Translations under genes and position numbers: made by a program
Origin: Candidatus Bathyarchaeota archaeon
GTDB lineage: Archaea > Thermoproteota > Bathyarchaeia > Bathyarchaeales > Bathycorpusculaceae
Length of the DNA: 64,000 nucleotides
Assembly (NCBI GenBank): GCA_963715865.1
Contig: OY970280.1
Coordinates: 1,568,001-1,632,000 of the forward strand
Direction: 5' to 3'
Notes under the pieces: generated by a model
The model's input: only the letters and a program-made list of their open reading frames with translations
Database searches by the model: none
What the model was told of the DNA's origin: nothing
In this document: piece by piece, positions 11,241 to 21,465 of the stretch
How positions within the stretch are numbered: the first letter of the stretch is position 1
Layout of the letters: each line of letters starts with the position of its first letter

Positions 11241-12584
11241 TTATCCATAGGCGGTAAGGTCGAGGTCTGCTGCCACAAACACTTCATTATCTGATGCGAC
11301 TGGCGGCAAAACATAGTGGTCAAAGTGCAGACTCAGAGCTAAGTTGCCTGTTGATGCGCTAAAAATCCAAAGAACATTGTTTTCCGTCAAAAAGACAGCA
11401 TCTTTATTGAAGACTAAACCGACAGGCGGACTGTAGAAGACGCCACTGTCTTCGATTTGCCTTGTCCAAATAACTTTGCCAGTTGCCAAGTCGAGGCTGC
11501 ATATAGTTCCTGTGTATCGGTCATGTTTGTTTTCGCTAGTCGTTCCAAGTTGTTGGGTAACCCCGAAACTCCAATATACTCTTTGGTTTTGAGCGTCGAC
11601 TTGTATTGGATAAGTCGTGAGAGTGTTAGTTTCGTTAACTTGTGAGAGTAGGTTTTGGTTGTCAACTTTAGTTTTCCATGCTAATTTGCCGTCAGCCAAA
11701 TTGAGCGCATAGAAGTTGCCGTCTGATGCTGCAAAAAGCAGTAGACCGTTGTAGGCGGTTGGCTGGTAGATTGATGCGCCAACATCAATGCTCCAAAGGC
11801 TGTCACCTGAAGTCTCATTCAAACTAAAGATTTGGTTGCTGTTCTGTATGATGGCTTGCCCTTGATAGGTTGCCAGAACACTTGGAAGACCACTAAATAC
11901 AGTAATATTAGCACGCCAAAGAATACTGCCGTTGTCGGTGTTTAGCTTAAAAATGTATGGGCTTGACTCGTTGCCACCTAATGCGTATAGTGAGTTGCCG
12001 TCAAATGGGTCGCCTCCCAACGGAAAGCCGCTTGTCCACCAAGTGTTCAAGTCAGTTATGTTTCCAAAAGTTCCGAAATAGTAGGGTGTTTGCCATAGAA
12101 GTTGCCCGGTGGTTGCGTTGTGGGCATTAACAATTGCACTAACACCTTCTGCAATTGCAAATACTCGACCATCCTTAACAATGATGTTATCAGGGGCTTG
12201 ACGATGGTCTATGTCACCTGTGAAACTCCATTGGAACTGTCCAGTTGTCTCATCTAAGCAACCAACCGAAGCATACTCTGAGCCCCCATAAACTCTCCCT
12301 TCTGCAACTGTGAGTCCTGCAGCAAAATAACCGCCTACGCTACTGCCGTTCCAGATGGATTTGCCGTTTTGAATGTCATAGCAGTTTACATTCCCCGAGA
12401 TATCCATGGTAAACACTTTTCCGTCGGCAACAGCCAATCCAGTGGCAAAATTCTCAATAGAGCGCTGCCAAACAACACTTGAGCCTTGTGGTGTGAGGAT
12501 GCCATTTTCATAAATAATCAACGAGGATGCCACTATCACTGCAATCAAGCATACAACGATAAACAGCAGGGTACGCCTATTCAA
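11241..12584 (-). CDS. Membrane-anchored PQQ/BamB-like beta-propeller protein
   Basis: N-terminal TM; repeated A.D..TG...W motifs (LDETTGQFQWS, LNLADGKLAWK, LDLATGKVIW). Confidence 0.85.
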   Translation of the reverse strand: MNRRTLLFIVVCLIAVIVASSLIIYENGILTPQGSSVVWQRSIENFATGLAVADGKVFTMDISGNVNCYDIQNGKSIWNGSSVGGYFAAGLTVAEGRVYGGSEYASVGCLDETTGQFQWSFTGDIDHRQAPDNIIVKDGRVFAIAEGVSAIVNAHNATTGQLLWQTPYYFGTFGNITDLNTWWTSGFPLGGDPFDGNSLYALGGNESSPYIFKLNTDNGSILWRANITVFSGLPSVLATYQGQAIIQNSNQIFSLNETSGDSLWSIDVGASIYQPTAYNGLLLFAASDGNFYALNLADGKLAWKTKVDNQNLLSQVNETNTLTTYPIQVDAQNQRVYWSFGVTQQLGTTSENKHDRYTGTICSLDLATGKVIWTRQIEDSGVFYSPPVGLVFNKDAVFLTENNVLWIFSASTGNLALSLHFDHYVLPPVASDNEVFVAADLDLTAYG

Positions 12585-12967
12585 TTTGCCTCACTTGCAA
12601 CGTTTCGTATGTTGGTCTTTAAATCCTTTGTTGAATAATGCCTATTAATTTCTGGCGGTTGTTGCTGTGTTGCTACAACCACTTAATTTTATGAACCAAC
12701 AAAACAAAGCAAGTATGCGCAGACTTGGGCGTTGTTTTCGCACGCTGCCCTGATTAATTATTCAAGAATGATAACCATGGAAAGCATGTACAGTTGAACT
12801 AGCAGCATGTTTTGGGTATCTAAAGCACTCACCTGATCTGAGTAGTTTTTCGCACCCTTAAAAAATAGACAACAACCAAAAATTGCCCGATAAAGGAGCA
12901 ACAGCTGTCTGGTATTAGTACCAATCGCGTAGTTGATCGGCTGTTTTATGTACAAATTGGGAAAAAA

Positions 12968-13021
12968 CATTTAAAAACCCACACCATCTTAGTGCATTTA
13001 AAAACCCACACCATCTTAGTG
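12968..13021 (+). repeat. Perfect 27-bp tandem duplication containing a TATA-like box
   Basis: CATTTAAAAACCCACACCATCTTAGTG x2. Confidence 0.95.
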
Positions 13022-13039
13022 GTAGGTCGCAATTAAAGA

Positions 13040-13951
13040 ATGGTAAAGAAACAAGAAGACAAAAGATTCAAAATTGAATTAAACTTTGACTATCACTCTT
13101 CCCGTTTCTTCGCTCTTCTTTTCCCAGCACTATACTTAGTGGCTATAACCGTCTTCTGCTTAGAATACAAAATTCTTCCCGGACCCGAATTTCTAATTTT
13201 AGGCATCCTAATGTACGCAGCGTATAACCAACGAACATGGCGTGCCTTAAAAGATTGGCTTCCATTCATCACGGTGTTCTTCTCTTACGAAATCATGTAC
13301 AGCGTCGTAGGCATCATCGCAGACAATCTTCATTCAGGACCATACAGTTTGGAAATGCAATTGTTCGGTCAAATTCCCAGCCTGATTCTTCAGCAAACCA
13401 TTAGGACGCCTATTTTAGATTACATGGGAGCCGTTTTCTATTCCTTATATTTTTTCATACCAACCATCTTCGCTTTTATTCTTTGGAAGAAAAGTCCCAA
13501 GAACTACTGGAAATACATCGTTGCCTTTGGCATATGCACGTACGCTGCACTGATAACTTTTCTCTTTTACCCTGTGGCGCCTCCGTGGATTGCAGTTCCA
13601 AATGTTACGCAAATCTTAACTGTGTCAGTTGATACTAGCATAGGTATTCCTCTTTACAAGACGCTGTTTTATTTTTTAACCCCAAACTTGTACGCTGCCT
13701 TTCCCAGTATGCATTCAGCTTTGCCTTGGCTGGTCTTTCTTTTCGCGTTCAAAGTTTGGAAGTGGAAGGCACTTCCAGTGTTGGCGCTTCCTGTTGGAAC
13801 TTGGTTTAGCGCAGTCTACCTCGGCGAACATTATGTGGTGGATGTTTTAGGAGGAATCGCATACGCCACAGTCGCATTCATTGCGGTAGAGAAAATCTTG
13901 CCTCTACTATCTTCGAGAATTGGTTTTTTGAGGAAACATGTGCCCAACTAA
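13040..13951 (+). CDS. PAP2-superfamily membrane enzyme (AUR1/IPC-synthase-like)
   Basis: PVAPPW, AAFPSMHS, EHYVVDVLGG; multiple TMs. Confidence 0.85.
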   Translation: MVKKQEDKRFKIELNFDYHSSRFFALLFPALYLVAITVFCLEYKILPGPEFLILGILMYAAYNQRTWRALKDWLPFITVFFSYEIMYSVVGIIADNLHSGPYSLEMQLFGQIPSLILQQTIRTPILDYMGAVFYSLYFFIPTIFAFILWKKSPKNYWKYIVAFGICTYAALITFLFYPVAPPWIAVPNVTQILTVSVDTSIGIPLYKTLFYFLTPNLYAAFPSMHSALPWLVFLFAFKVWKWKALPVLALPVGTWFSAVYLGEHYVVDVLGGIAYATVAFIAVEKILPLLSSRIGFLRKHVPN

Positions 13952-13960
13952 AAAGCAAGA

Positions 13961-14033
13961 TAGCCCGGGAGAGATTCGAACTCTCGTCGAGGGCTCCAGA
14001 GGCCCCTATGCTTGACCGCTACACCACCGGGCT
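13961..14033 (-). tRNA. tRNA-Gln(CUG), intronless, no encoded CCA
   Basis: AGCCCGG...CCGGGCT-A acceptor stem (A1-U72); anticodon loop CTCTGGA; GTTCGAATC T loop. Confidence 0.95.
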
Positions 14034-14305
14034 TCAACACACAGAAACATGGTTCACAATTATTAACTTTAATGTTGCGCCGCTTTGCCAGCGTTTTTCT
14101 TATTTAATGCTTCTCTAACGTTAAAGGTACAACAAAATCAGTTGTCAAAATCTTCTGGAGGAAATTCTTTCTTGGACCTCTTTGAGCCGTTGTTCTGAAA
14201 GTGATATGTGATTGTTGCTTTACAGTAACAGGTTCATAGCTTCAAGTTCGATTAGGGAAGATATAATAAAACGGACAAGAAAAGTGTCATTGAGGTAAAA
14301 ACGAA

Positions 14306-14500
14306 ATGCCAGTAGTTCAGGTTTCTGTTTGGGAGGGCATGACCCCTGAAAACAAGAAGAAAACAGTCGAAGGAATAACGAAAGTATTTGAAGATTTAGG
14401 AGTAGCCAAGGAAGCAGTCACCATCATCATTTATGAAGCGCCAAAGAGCAACTGGGCAACAGGCGGACAACTGCATTCAGAAAGACACGCAAACCGCTAA
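14306..14500 (+). CDS. 4-oxalocrotonate tautomerase family protein
   Basis: M-P-V-V start (catalytic Pro1), 64 aa, NWATGG. Confidence 0.9.
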   Translation: MPVVQVSVWEGMTPENKKKTVEGITKVFEDLGVAKEAVTIIIYEAPKSNWATGGQLHSERHANR

Positions 14501-14530
14501 AACGCAAACCGCAGCAAGGACTGACAAATA

Positions 14531-14830
14531 GTGTCTGAGAAAAAATTCAAATTATCTGCACGCGTAAGCAGTGCCACTCCATCAGCCATAAAACCTGTGT
14601 TAGAACGAATAATCGGCAACAACGGTTCCATCAAGCCAACCAGTGACGGATTTGAAGTCAATGCTGAATTCAAAGGCGAAAGCGTCAGAGACTTAAATCG
14701 AATGTTACTTTCTGAATTGCGTAAGGCTGAAAAGAAAACTAGAATTCGCTCAGAATGGACTTCTGAAGATACGATTGAGAAGTTCTTTGACTATGCACAC
14801 AAGCAAACCATAAAGGCAAACCAAAAATAA
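14531..14830 (+). CDS. Hypothetical protein
   Basis: 99-aa ORF co-oriented with the tautomerase gene. Confidence 0.6.
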   Translation: MSEKKFKLSARVSSATPSAIKPVLERIIGNNGSIKPTSDGFEVNAEFKGESVRDLNRMLLSELRKAEKKTRIRSEWTSEDTIEKFFDYAHKQTIKANQK

Positions 14831-14996
14831 GCATGCGGTAGTAGCTCCCTTCAAAGTTTCAAACCTGTAGAGGAATAGGTAGGTTGGTGCCTCTAAGCAT
14901 CTTTACTTTTGGCGCATTCTGTCCTGATGTTCCGTGTCTTGGCTCAGAAAAGTTATTACGACCAGACTCTCACATAGTTGCGATTAAGGAAAGATA

Positions 14997-15899
14997 ATGG
15001 TATCTACTGATATTGCAAACCCAAACGGCGTTGAAACAGAGGAAAAAAGAAAAATCGTTAGTATTGGACTTATTCAGACGACTGTTTCAGATGATATAGC
15101 CGACAATATGAAAAAGACCATAGAAAGAATCGAAGAAGCTTCAAGAAAGGGTGCTCAAATTGTCTGTCTCCAAGAACTGTATAGAACCAAGTATTTTCCA
15201 CAAGAGAAAAAACAGGACGTCAGCAAATTAGCTGAAACGATTCCCGGAGAATCCACAAGAGCTTTCTCAGAGCTGGCGAAAAAGAAAAAGATAGTTATAA
15301 TTGCACCATTATTTGAAAAAAATTCAAACGGAAAATACTACAACTCAGCTGCCATAATTGATGCAAACGGAAAAATCTTAGGCTCCTACCGCAAGGTGCA
15401 CATACCAAATGACCAGTTTTTCTATGAAAAAAACTATTTTGAAGCAGGCGACCAAGGTTACTCAGTGCACAAAACCTATTACGCTCGTGTAGGGGTACTC
15501 ATCTGCTATGACCAATGGTTCCCTGAACCCGCAAGAATCAACGCGCTAAAGGGCGCAGAAATCATATTCTATCCAACAGCGATTGGCTGGATTAAAGACC
15601 ATAGTTCATCCGACGGAGACTGGCACGACGCTTGGAAAACAGTGCAACGTGCCCACGCCATAGCGAATGGAGTCCATGTTGCTGCTGTGAATAGAGTAGG
15701 CGAGGAAGGGCAACTAAAGTTTTGGGGCGGTTCATTCGTATGTGACTCCTTTGGAAAAGTCCTCAAAGAAGCAAGCGATACAAATGAGGAAGCACTAGTT
15801 GTCAAAGTAGATCTTAGTAAAAACAAAAAAATCCAAGAAGGATGGGGCTTCCTTAAAAATCGGCGACCAGACACGTACAATTCACTCATCGAAAGATGA
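14997..15899 (+). CDS. aguB: N-carbamoylputrescine amidase (carbon-nitrogen hydrolase)
   Basis: CLQELY, YRKVHIP, ICYDQWFPE (E-K-C triad), YPTAIG, QRAHAIANG; coupled to aguA. Confidence 0.9.
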   Translation: MVSTDIANPNGVETEEKRKIVSIGLIQTTVSDDIADNMKKTIERIEEASRKGAQIVCLQELYRTKYFPQEKKQDVSKLAETIPGESTRAFSELAKKKKIVIIAPLFEKNSNGKYYNSAAIIDANGKILGSYRKVHIPNDQFFYEKNYFEAGDQGYSVHKTYYARVGVLICYDQWFPEPARINALKGAEIIFYPTAIGWIKDHSSSDGDWHDAWKTVQRAHAIANGVHVAAVNRVGEEGQLKFWGGSFVCDSFGKVLKEASDTNEEALVVKVDLSKNKKIQEGWGFLKNRRPDTYNSLIER

Positions 15900-16978
15900 T
15901 ACCTGAGGCATCACAAATGAAGATGGAAAATACGTTTTCAAACAAGACGCCCCGCGAACTAGGATACCGCATGCCCGCAGAATGGTGTAAGCATGACGCG
16001 GTCTGGTTAGCATGGCCACACGATCCTGAGACCTTTACATCTGGCGTCGAGAAAGTCGAGGAAATTTACGTCCAAATTGTGAAGTTAATCCATAAAGACG
16101 AATACGTTAATCTTTTTGTCAAAGATGAGGGCATGAAGAAAAAGACAACAGATTTGTTTGAGAAAAGAAAGATTGATTTAAAGAGAATACGTTTTTTTCA
16201 ATTTGACTATGCTGATGTGTGGTTTCGAGACTACGGTCCAATATTTGTGAGGAACAGAAATCAAGAGTTAGCAATGGTGTGCTGGATTTTTAATTCTTGG
16301 GGAGAAAAATACGAAGAACTTTTAAAAGACGGGCAGATCCCTCACATAATAAGCCGCGAGATGCGCTTGAACTGTTTTGAACCAGGTATCGTTCTAGAAG
16401 GCGGCTCAATAGATGTCAACGGAAAAGGAACCCTGCTCACGACCGAGCAGTGTCTGCTAAACAAGAACAGGAATCCAAAGCTTGGCAAAGAAAAAATCGA
16501 GAAATTCTTACGAGACTATTTGGGCGTGAATCATATTATCTGGTTAAGAAATGGCATCGCTGGAGATGACACAGACGGTCATATTGACGACATTGCGCGG
16601 TTCGTAAACCCAACGACAATTGTATGCGCTTATGAAGAAGATAAGGATGATGAAAATAGCGACGACTTGAGAAAGAATTACGAAATACTGCTCAAATCCA
16701 CCGACCAAGATGGCAAGAAACTAAACATTGTCAAGTTGCCCATGCCAGGAAACATCTGGTACAACAAAAAAAGACTCCCCGCAAGTTACACAAATTTCTA
16801 CATAGGCAACAAAACAGTTTTGGTTCCAACCTTTGAACACGAGAATGACAAGCTAGCATTATCTATTCTGCAAAAACTATTCCCAAAAAGAAAAGTCATC
16901 GGCGTAAACTGTGTCGACTTGATATGCGGGTTGGGGGCAATTCACTGCATCTCACAACAGCAACCCTGTTGCAGATAA
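15896..16978 (+). CDS. aguA: Agmatine deiminase
   Basis: MPAEW, DVWFRDYGP, LEGGSID, DDTDGHID, ASYTNF, GAIHCISQQ. Confidence 0.93.
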   Translation: MIPEASQMKMENTFSNKTPRELGYRMPAEWCKHDAVWLAWPHDPETFTSGVEKVEEIYVQIVKLIHKDEYVNLFVKDEGMKKKTTDLFEKRKIDLKRIRFFQFDYADVWFRDYGPIFVRNRNQELAMVCWIFNSWGEKYEELLKDGQIPHIISREMRLNCFEPGIVLEGGSIDVNGKGTLLTTEQCLLNKNRNPKLGKEKIEKFLRDYLGVNHIIWLRNGIAGDDTDGHIDDIARFVNPTTIVCAYEEDKDDENSDDLRKNYEILLKSTDQDGKKLNIVKLPMPGNIWYNKKRLPASYTNFYIGNKTVLVPTFEHENDKLALSILQKLFPKRKVIGVNCVDLICGLGAIHCISQQQPCCR

Positions 16979-17047
16979 TTAGTTCCTCGTTACTGTATAG
17001 CGCCCATTTCAAAACATAAAGTGCCATTTTCTTTTCTAATAAGAGAA

Positions 17048-17069
17048 GCGAGTCCGATGGGATTTGAAC
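17048..17069. repeat. att-like copy of the tRNA-Arg 3' end (21/22 match)
   Basis: GCGAGTCCGATGGGATTTGAAC vs 21862-21883 GCGGGTCCGATGGGATTTGAAC. Confidence 0.8.
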
Positions 17070-17169
17070 ACAAAAGAGGGTCGGAACCAATAGCTGAAAA
17101 ATCGTCGCCTTTCAAGAAATCACCGGTAAACCAGCAATTTGTTTCACATTAATTCGCATGGGTTCTAAG

Positions 17170-17619
17170 TTAATGACCCAAAACGTGCAGGTTGGAGAGT
17201 TTTTCGACCAGTTCGATTGTTTCTTCATCAACGCATGTGGCGCGAGCAATGTCTGTCAGGGTGACTATGCCGACCAACTTGTTTCCCTCTACTAGAGGCA
17301 GCTTCTTCACTCTGTTTTCGAACATGATACGGGTAGCTTCGGATATTTCCATTTCAGGGTTTCCTGTAATAACGTGACTTGTCATTACTTCGAAAACGTT
17401 AGTCTCCTTGGGGTTTTTGCACTTTTCTAGGACTCTTTCAAGCAAGTCTCTCTCCGTCAAGATTCCAGCGGTCTCTCCATCGCGAACAATGACCAAGCAA
17501 CCAATTTTGTTTTCATTCATAAGCTTCACAGCCTGATAGACCGAGGCGTGCGCTTGCAAAGTTATTACTTCTTTGACCATCAAGTCCCTTATCTTCGCCA
17601 CTGACACCAGCTCCAGCAT
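17170..17619 (-). CDS. Stand-alone CBS-pair protein
   Basis: IRDLMVKEVIT, IGCLVI, GILTERDLL, GIVTLTDI. Confidence 0.9.
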   Translation of the reverse strand: MLELVSVAKIRDLMVKEVITLQAHASVYQAVKLMNENKIGCLVIVRDGETAGILTERDLLERVLEKCKNPKETNVFEVMTSHVITGNPEMEISEATRIMFENRVKKLPLVEGNKLVGIVTLTDIARATCVDEETIELVEKLSNLHVLGH

Positions 17620-17751
17620 AAGTGACTTAAAACGCTATAAAAAAATTGTGAATTTATCCTACTGATCAATGATTGGAATCAGGAAAAATCGGGGCATGAA
17701 ATGCATATCTTGGGTCCTACTGGTTCTGTACCAGGAACGGTTCTAGTCTCT

Positions 17752-17766
17752 ATGGGATTTGAACCC
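17752..17766. repeat. att-like 15-bp copy of the tRNA-Arg T-arm
   Basis: ATGGGATTTGAACCC identical to 21871-21885. Confidence 0.55.
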
Positions 17767-17885
17767 TTCAGGGTCAGACCGCCTATGAAACAAGAGGGGA
17801 GAATGTTATAGTCTCAAAGAGATGGCGTTTAGAAAAGATTACAGACAACTCTGCTAATAAACTGTTACGAATTATTACCCAAAAA

Positions 17886-17901
17886 GCGGGTCCGATGGGA
17901 T
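17886..17901. repeat. att-like 16-bp copy of the tRNA-Arg 3' end
   Basis: GCGGGTCCGATGGGAT identical to 21862-21877. Confidence 0.8.
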
Positions 17902-18134
17902 GCGCTTAATTATTTAAGCGAATCCTAAATTGGCAAATAAAGCGCTGTGGACACGCAAGCAAAGGACGAGGAAACAAAGAATAAACAATGAAATCAGAAG
18001 CAGCCTAAGCCGAAAACGCGTAACCGCTTCTCTTCGGTATGTTCCAACGCGCGCGTCACAAAATAGCAACATGAGTTAAGAGGAAAAGTCCTAAAGACTT
18101 TCTCATAATTACGTCGATAATTCTTATGCCTATT

Positions 18135-19946
18135 TCATTCCACTTTTTCTCCCCGACGATCCGCAATTATGGTCTCCACCGGGATAATCAACCCTACGAT
18201 GATAGCAGCCACTCCTAGCAGAGATGATGGTGAATACGGATTTTGGAAAACATCTGTTAATACTCCTATTGGTGTTCCTATGAGCAGAGCGCTGATGGGC
18301 AGTTGGATTTTGCTGAAATTGGAAAAATTGAAATAATGCCGCCTAAGTTCGAATAGAGATTTTAGGAAATACAAGACACCAGCTGCCGCTGGGACCAAAA
18401 GAAAATATGGTAGTAGCGAGATTCTCTCCTCGATCTGAATTAATACTATGACAAACCAAGTACCAATTGTTCCTAAGAAGAGCGCCAAATTCAGAAAACT
18501 GTCGCTTGCGTATGTTCCTCGGAAAAATCTAATTGGTGGGGAGGCTTTTACATCTTCTACAATTTCAGGGTAAATTGTGAATTGAGCGAAACGATCGCGG
18601 AAATACTCGTTTTCTTGAATCATCTGTCTCGCTTCTAGTAGAGCAATCAGATATTGGCAAACTGCCCAGGTCCTCACTTCGGTTCCTCCAGGATATAGAC
18701 CCACTCTTTTATCCTTAGTTACGAAAAGTTCTAAGTATTGGCAAATGAGGAAGAAGTCAGTGATAGGAAACTCTGAATCTTTTGAATCTTTGGCAAAGAA
18801 GGTTAAAGCCCATATTAGAAACGGAAGTGAAAACCAAGACAGTCTCACATCAAAGCCATTGGCCAAACGGTAAATTTCCTCTTCGGTTCCCCAAGCATTT
18901 GGAAGTTTTTTGCTTCCTCTTACAAACGGCTCAAGCAGAAAACGCAGTTCTGGTCTATAATTATCTGGCTTTAGACCATTACTTAGAAGGGCTATTAATG
19001 CTTGACAAGTGCTGGGTACATTGGGCCGTTCAGGTTGCCTATTATGACTCGTGTCAGGATAGTAGGTCCAACCATTCTTATTCTTCAGTCTACACCCGCC
19101 TTTATCCTTTTGTAGCCATTCCAAACTTTTCGTGATCCTACTTTGTAATTTGTCACTCGTTTTTTCACTCAATATTTGATGCATTTTTTCGATAAACTCT
19201 CGAATGGCTAATACCGAGATGAAGGTTGAATAGACGCGCGAATCTTGATCTATACATAATCCCCATCCATAATTGGCCTTATTCTGACTTTCAATTAACC
19301 AATCGATCGCTCGTCTTGCCAGGAGAATCTTCAAGATCTCCAAGGTATACTCTTTCCCGTAGTTATTTAGCAACCAATTGTAAGTCGGATTAGCATGCAT
19401 ACTTTCTGCTTTTGCTTTGACCGATTCAATTGTTTCCCATTTCAATGACCATTTTGTCTTCTTGTTTCGCTCAATTTTTAACGCTTCTTTCATTTCTCTG
19501 ATCAGAAAATCGCAATCGCTGCCTTTTTCGTCGGCAAGCAAAAGCTCCAAATGTTCTCTTGCTTCTTTTGGTATTTTTTCTATTTTTGTATAAGCCACCA
19601 GCGCCCTAATAACCCAAGCTGTGGAATCTACAACACTGATATCCTCTTCGCTTATAGCATATTGGGACCAACCTCCGTCCGTATCGTTTCTGAATTTTAG
19701 TAACCACCTGAAGCACCCTAGTAAGACACTACGTTCTTCTTCTTTTCTTAAAAATCCTGGATCTTTCTCGCTCAAATACCTTGAGATTAAGAAAATTGTA
19801 TCTGCTGTGGGATACAAGCCACTTCTGTCCTTCGGTTTTTCTGCCTGAAACCCACCGTCTTCATTTTGATAATTTAGTAGCTCTTGAAGTTCGTTTTCAA
19901 TCTCCTTGTTAAAAATACCGACTGTTTTCTTGGAAAATGTCAACAC
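18135..19946 (-). CDS. Prenyltransferase/squalene-oxidase-repeat (alpha/alpha barrel) protein with C-terminal TM segments
   Basis: QW-like repeats LLNYQNEDGGF, LLKFRNDTDGGW, AIDWLIESQNKANYGWG, SLEWLQK...NGW; hydrophobic C-terminal ~120 aa. Confidence 0.7.
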   Translation of the reverse strand: MLTFSKKTVGIFNKEIENELQELLNYQNEDGGFQAEKPKDRSGLYPTADTIFLISRYLSEKDPGFLRKEEERSVLLGCFRWLLKFRNDTDGGWSQYAISEEDISVVDSTAWVIRALVAYTKIEKIPKEAREHLELLLADEKGSDCDFLIREMKEALKIERNKKTKWSLKWETIESVKAKAESMHANPTYNWLLNNYGKEYTLEILKILLARRAIDWLIESQNKANYGWGLCIDQDSRVYSTFISVLAIREFIEKMHQILSEKTSDKLQSRITKSLEWLQKDKGGCRLKNKNGWTYYPDTSHNRQPERPNVPSTCQALIALLSNGLKPDNYRPELRFLLEPFVRGSKKLPNAWGTEEEIYRLANGFDVRLSWFSLPFLIWALTFFAKDSKDSEFPITDFFLICQYLELFVTKDKRVGLYPGGTEVRTWAVCQYLIALLEARQMIQENEYFRDRFAQFTIYPEIVEDVKASPPIRFFRGTYASDSFLNLALFLGTIGTWFVIVLIQIEERISLLPYFLLVPAAAGVLYFLKSLFELRRHYFNFSNFSKIQLPISALLIGTPIGVLTDVFQNPYSPSSLLGVAAIIVGLIIPVETIIADRRGEKVE

Positions 19947-20505
19947 TCTCCTCTGTTTATGTCATAGGGTATTTCACAAGTGAAATCTTCAACCTTAAGA
20001 GAGGCTCCATAAATAGTTTCTATATGATTCCTCAAATCCCAAAGAATAGGTTCTGTTACTTTCTTAATGAATCTGATAGATTTCAATTAGAATGTTCCAA
20101 CTCCTCTTCAGCTCATCGACAGAAACAGCCCCATCGCGCAACCGACTATCCCTTCAAGCCCGATTGATTCCTATAGTTACAACTTAGTCCGGTTTGCAAT
20201 ATAAAACTTTCAAATTTTTCCAAGCGCGCGATTCATGGGCTTCAAACTTATCCACCGCTTACTGTTTTATTTTGTTTTAGATATATGGATGTTTGTAATC
20301 ATACCTAGCCACAACCGCGGGTTTTAAAGACAATAATTGGTATAAACAGTTTATTGAAGAAATCTTCTGCAGTTGGGAATCTATGGGTGGATTAAAACAT
20401 AAGACCTTTAGTTCTTTTTGTCCTCCATTGCCTTCTTAATGATGCTAATTCTTTGCTGCAGTTGTTGGATAATATTTAGGCGATATTCGAGACAGAATGT
20501 ACGAC

Positions 20506-21465
20506 TGTCATGTCAAGTTTCTAACGTTACACTCATAGAGCGTCACTGGAAACGCTTTTACACCTCTGTGGAAGCATGAATGATTGAACCACTCCCTGTA
20601 CTCGCCTAGTTTGCCTTTAAGCCACTCGGGGAACCTTCTAAGATGATACACGAACTCCCTGTTCAAGTTTTGAATGCACCTTTCGACTTTGCCCTTGTCT
20701 TGCGGATAAGAAGGATGTGCAAACTGAGCGTCAATATGATGTTCACTGCACCAGTTCTTCCATTGCTCTTTGAATTGGCTGCCATGATCAGAAAGTATAG
20801 CCTTAGGAAGCCTTCGCTGTTTATCTAGCACAGACGTTGTTTCAGCGGTCGTCAACTCATGATCAAACTGTTCAGCACAAATAATGAACCTGCTGTAATC
20901 GTCAACGCAGACCAGAAACCAGTACTTCTTACCCTGAACATTGAATGGGCCTTTGAAGTCAATCTGCCAAAGCTCATCAGGCGCTTTAGCCCGAAAGAAT
21001 TTCCAACGCTTAAACTCGCTTTGGTACCCGTTTTGACTGTTCCTTGCAAGAACGTTGTTTATGGTTTCCCTGGAAAGCTTAACTCCTTGAGCGCAGCCCA
21101 CAGAATCCCTGATGAAGGCGGGAAGATTGTATAGGCCTTGCTGTATGCGTGCTGTTCCCCATTTGAACGCGGTTCTCAGCTTCAAAATTGAAAGTTCAAC
21201 TTCCTGCGTGACTTTGGCTGGCTTTGATTTTCTGGGTTTGTCTTTGAAGTATTCCCTGCCAACATGCCTTGCGCGTTTTAGCCACCTGTGAACCGTTTGT
21301 CTTGTAGTGTCGAAAAGTTCCGCGATGCGAGAGACTGCTAAGCCTTTCTTGACAAGCTTTCCAAAGGCTCCCCTAATGTCGGGAGATAGCCTCACACCAT
21401 CACCAGACAAACTGTTATGCTTGAACTAAGGATAAAAGGTGTAACGTTAGAAAGTTGACATGACA
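20506..21465 (-). mobile_element. Complete IS481-family insertion sequence, 960 bp
   Basis: 27-bp terminal inverted repeats TGTCATGTCAAGTTTCTAACGTTACAC with 1 mismatch, TGT...ACA ends, 5-bp TSD ACGAC at 20501-20505 and 21466-21470. Confidence 0.93.
20508..21410 (-). CDS. IS481-family DDE transposase
   Basis: N-terminal HTH (TRQTVHRWLKR), ELWQIDFKG, VDDYSRF, ILSDHGSQF, GKVERC. Confidence 0.92.
   Translation of the reverse strand: MSGDGVRLSPDIRGAFGKLVKKGLAVSRIAELFDTTRQTVHRWLKRARHVGREYFKDKPRKSKPAKVTQEVELSILKLRTAFKWGTARIQQGLYNLPAFIRDSVGCAQGVKLSRETINNVLARNSQNGYQSEFKRWKFFRAKAPDELWQIDFKGPFNVQGKKYWFLVCVDDYSRFIICAEQFDHELTTAETTSVLDKQRRLPKAILSDHGSQFKEQWKNWCSEHHIDAQFAHPSYPQDKGKVERCIQNLNREFVYHLRRFPEWLKGKLGEYREWFNHSCFHRGVKAFPVTLYECNVRNLT

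Noticed and set aside
13961-14033. tRNA-Gln as an integration site
   Set aside because: No duplicate of its 3' end and no integrase seen nearby
18135-19946. Calling the cargo gene a squalene-hopene cyclase
   Set aside because: No DXDD motif, few repeats, and an atypical TM tail
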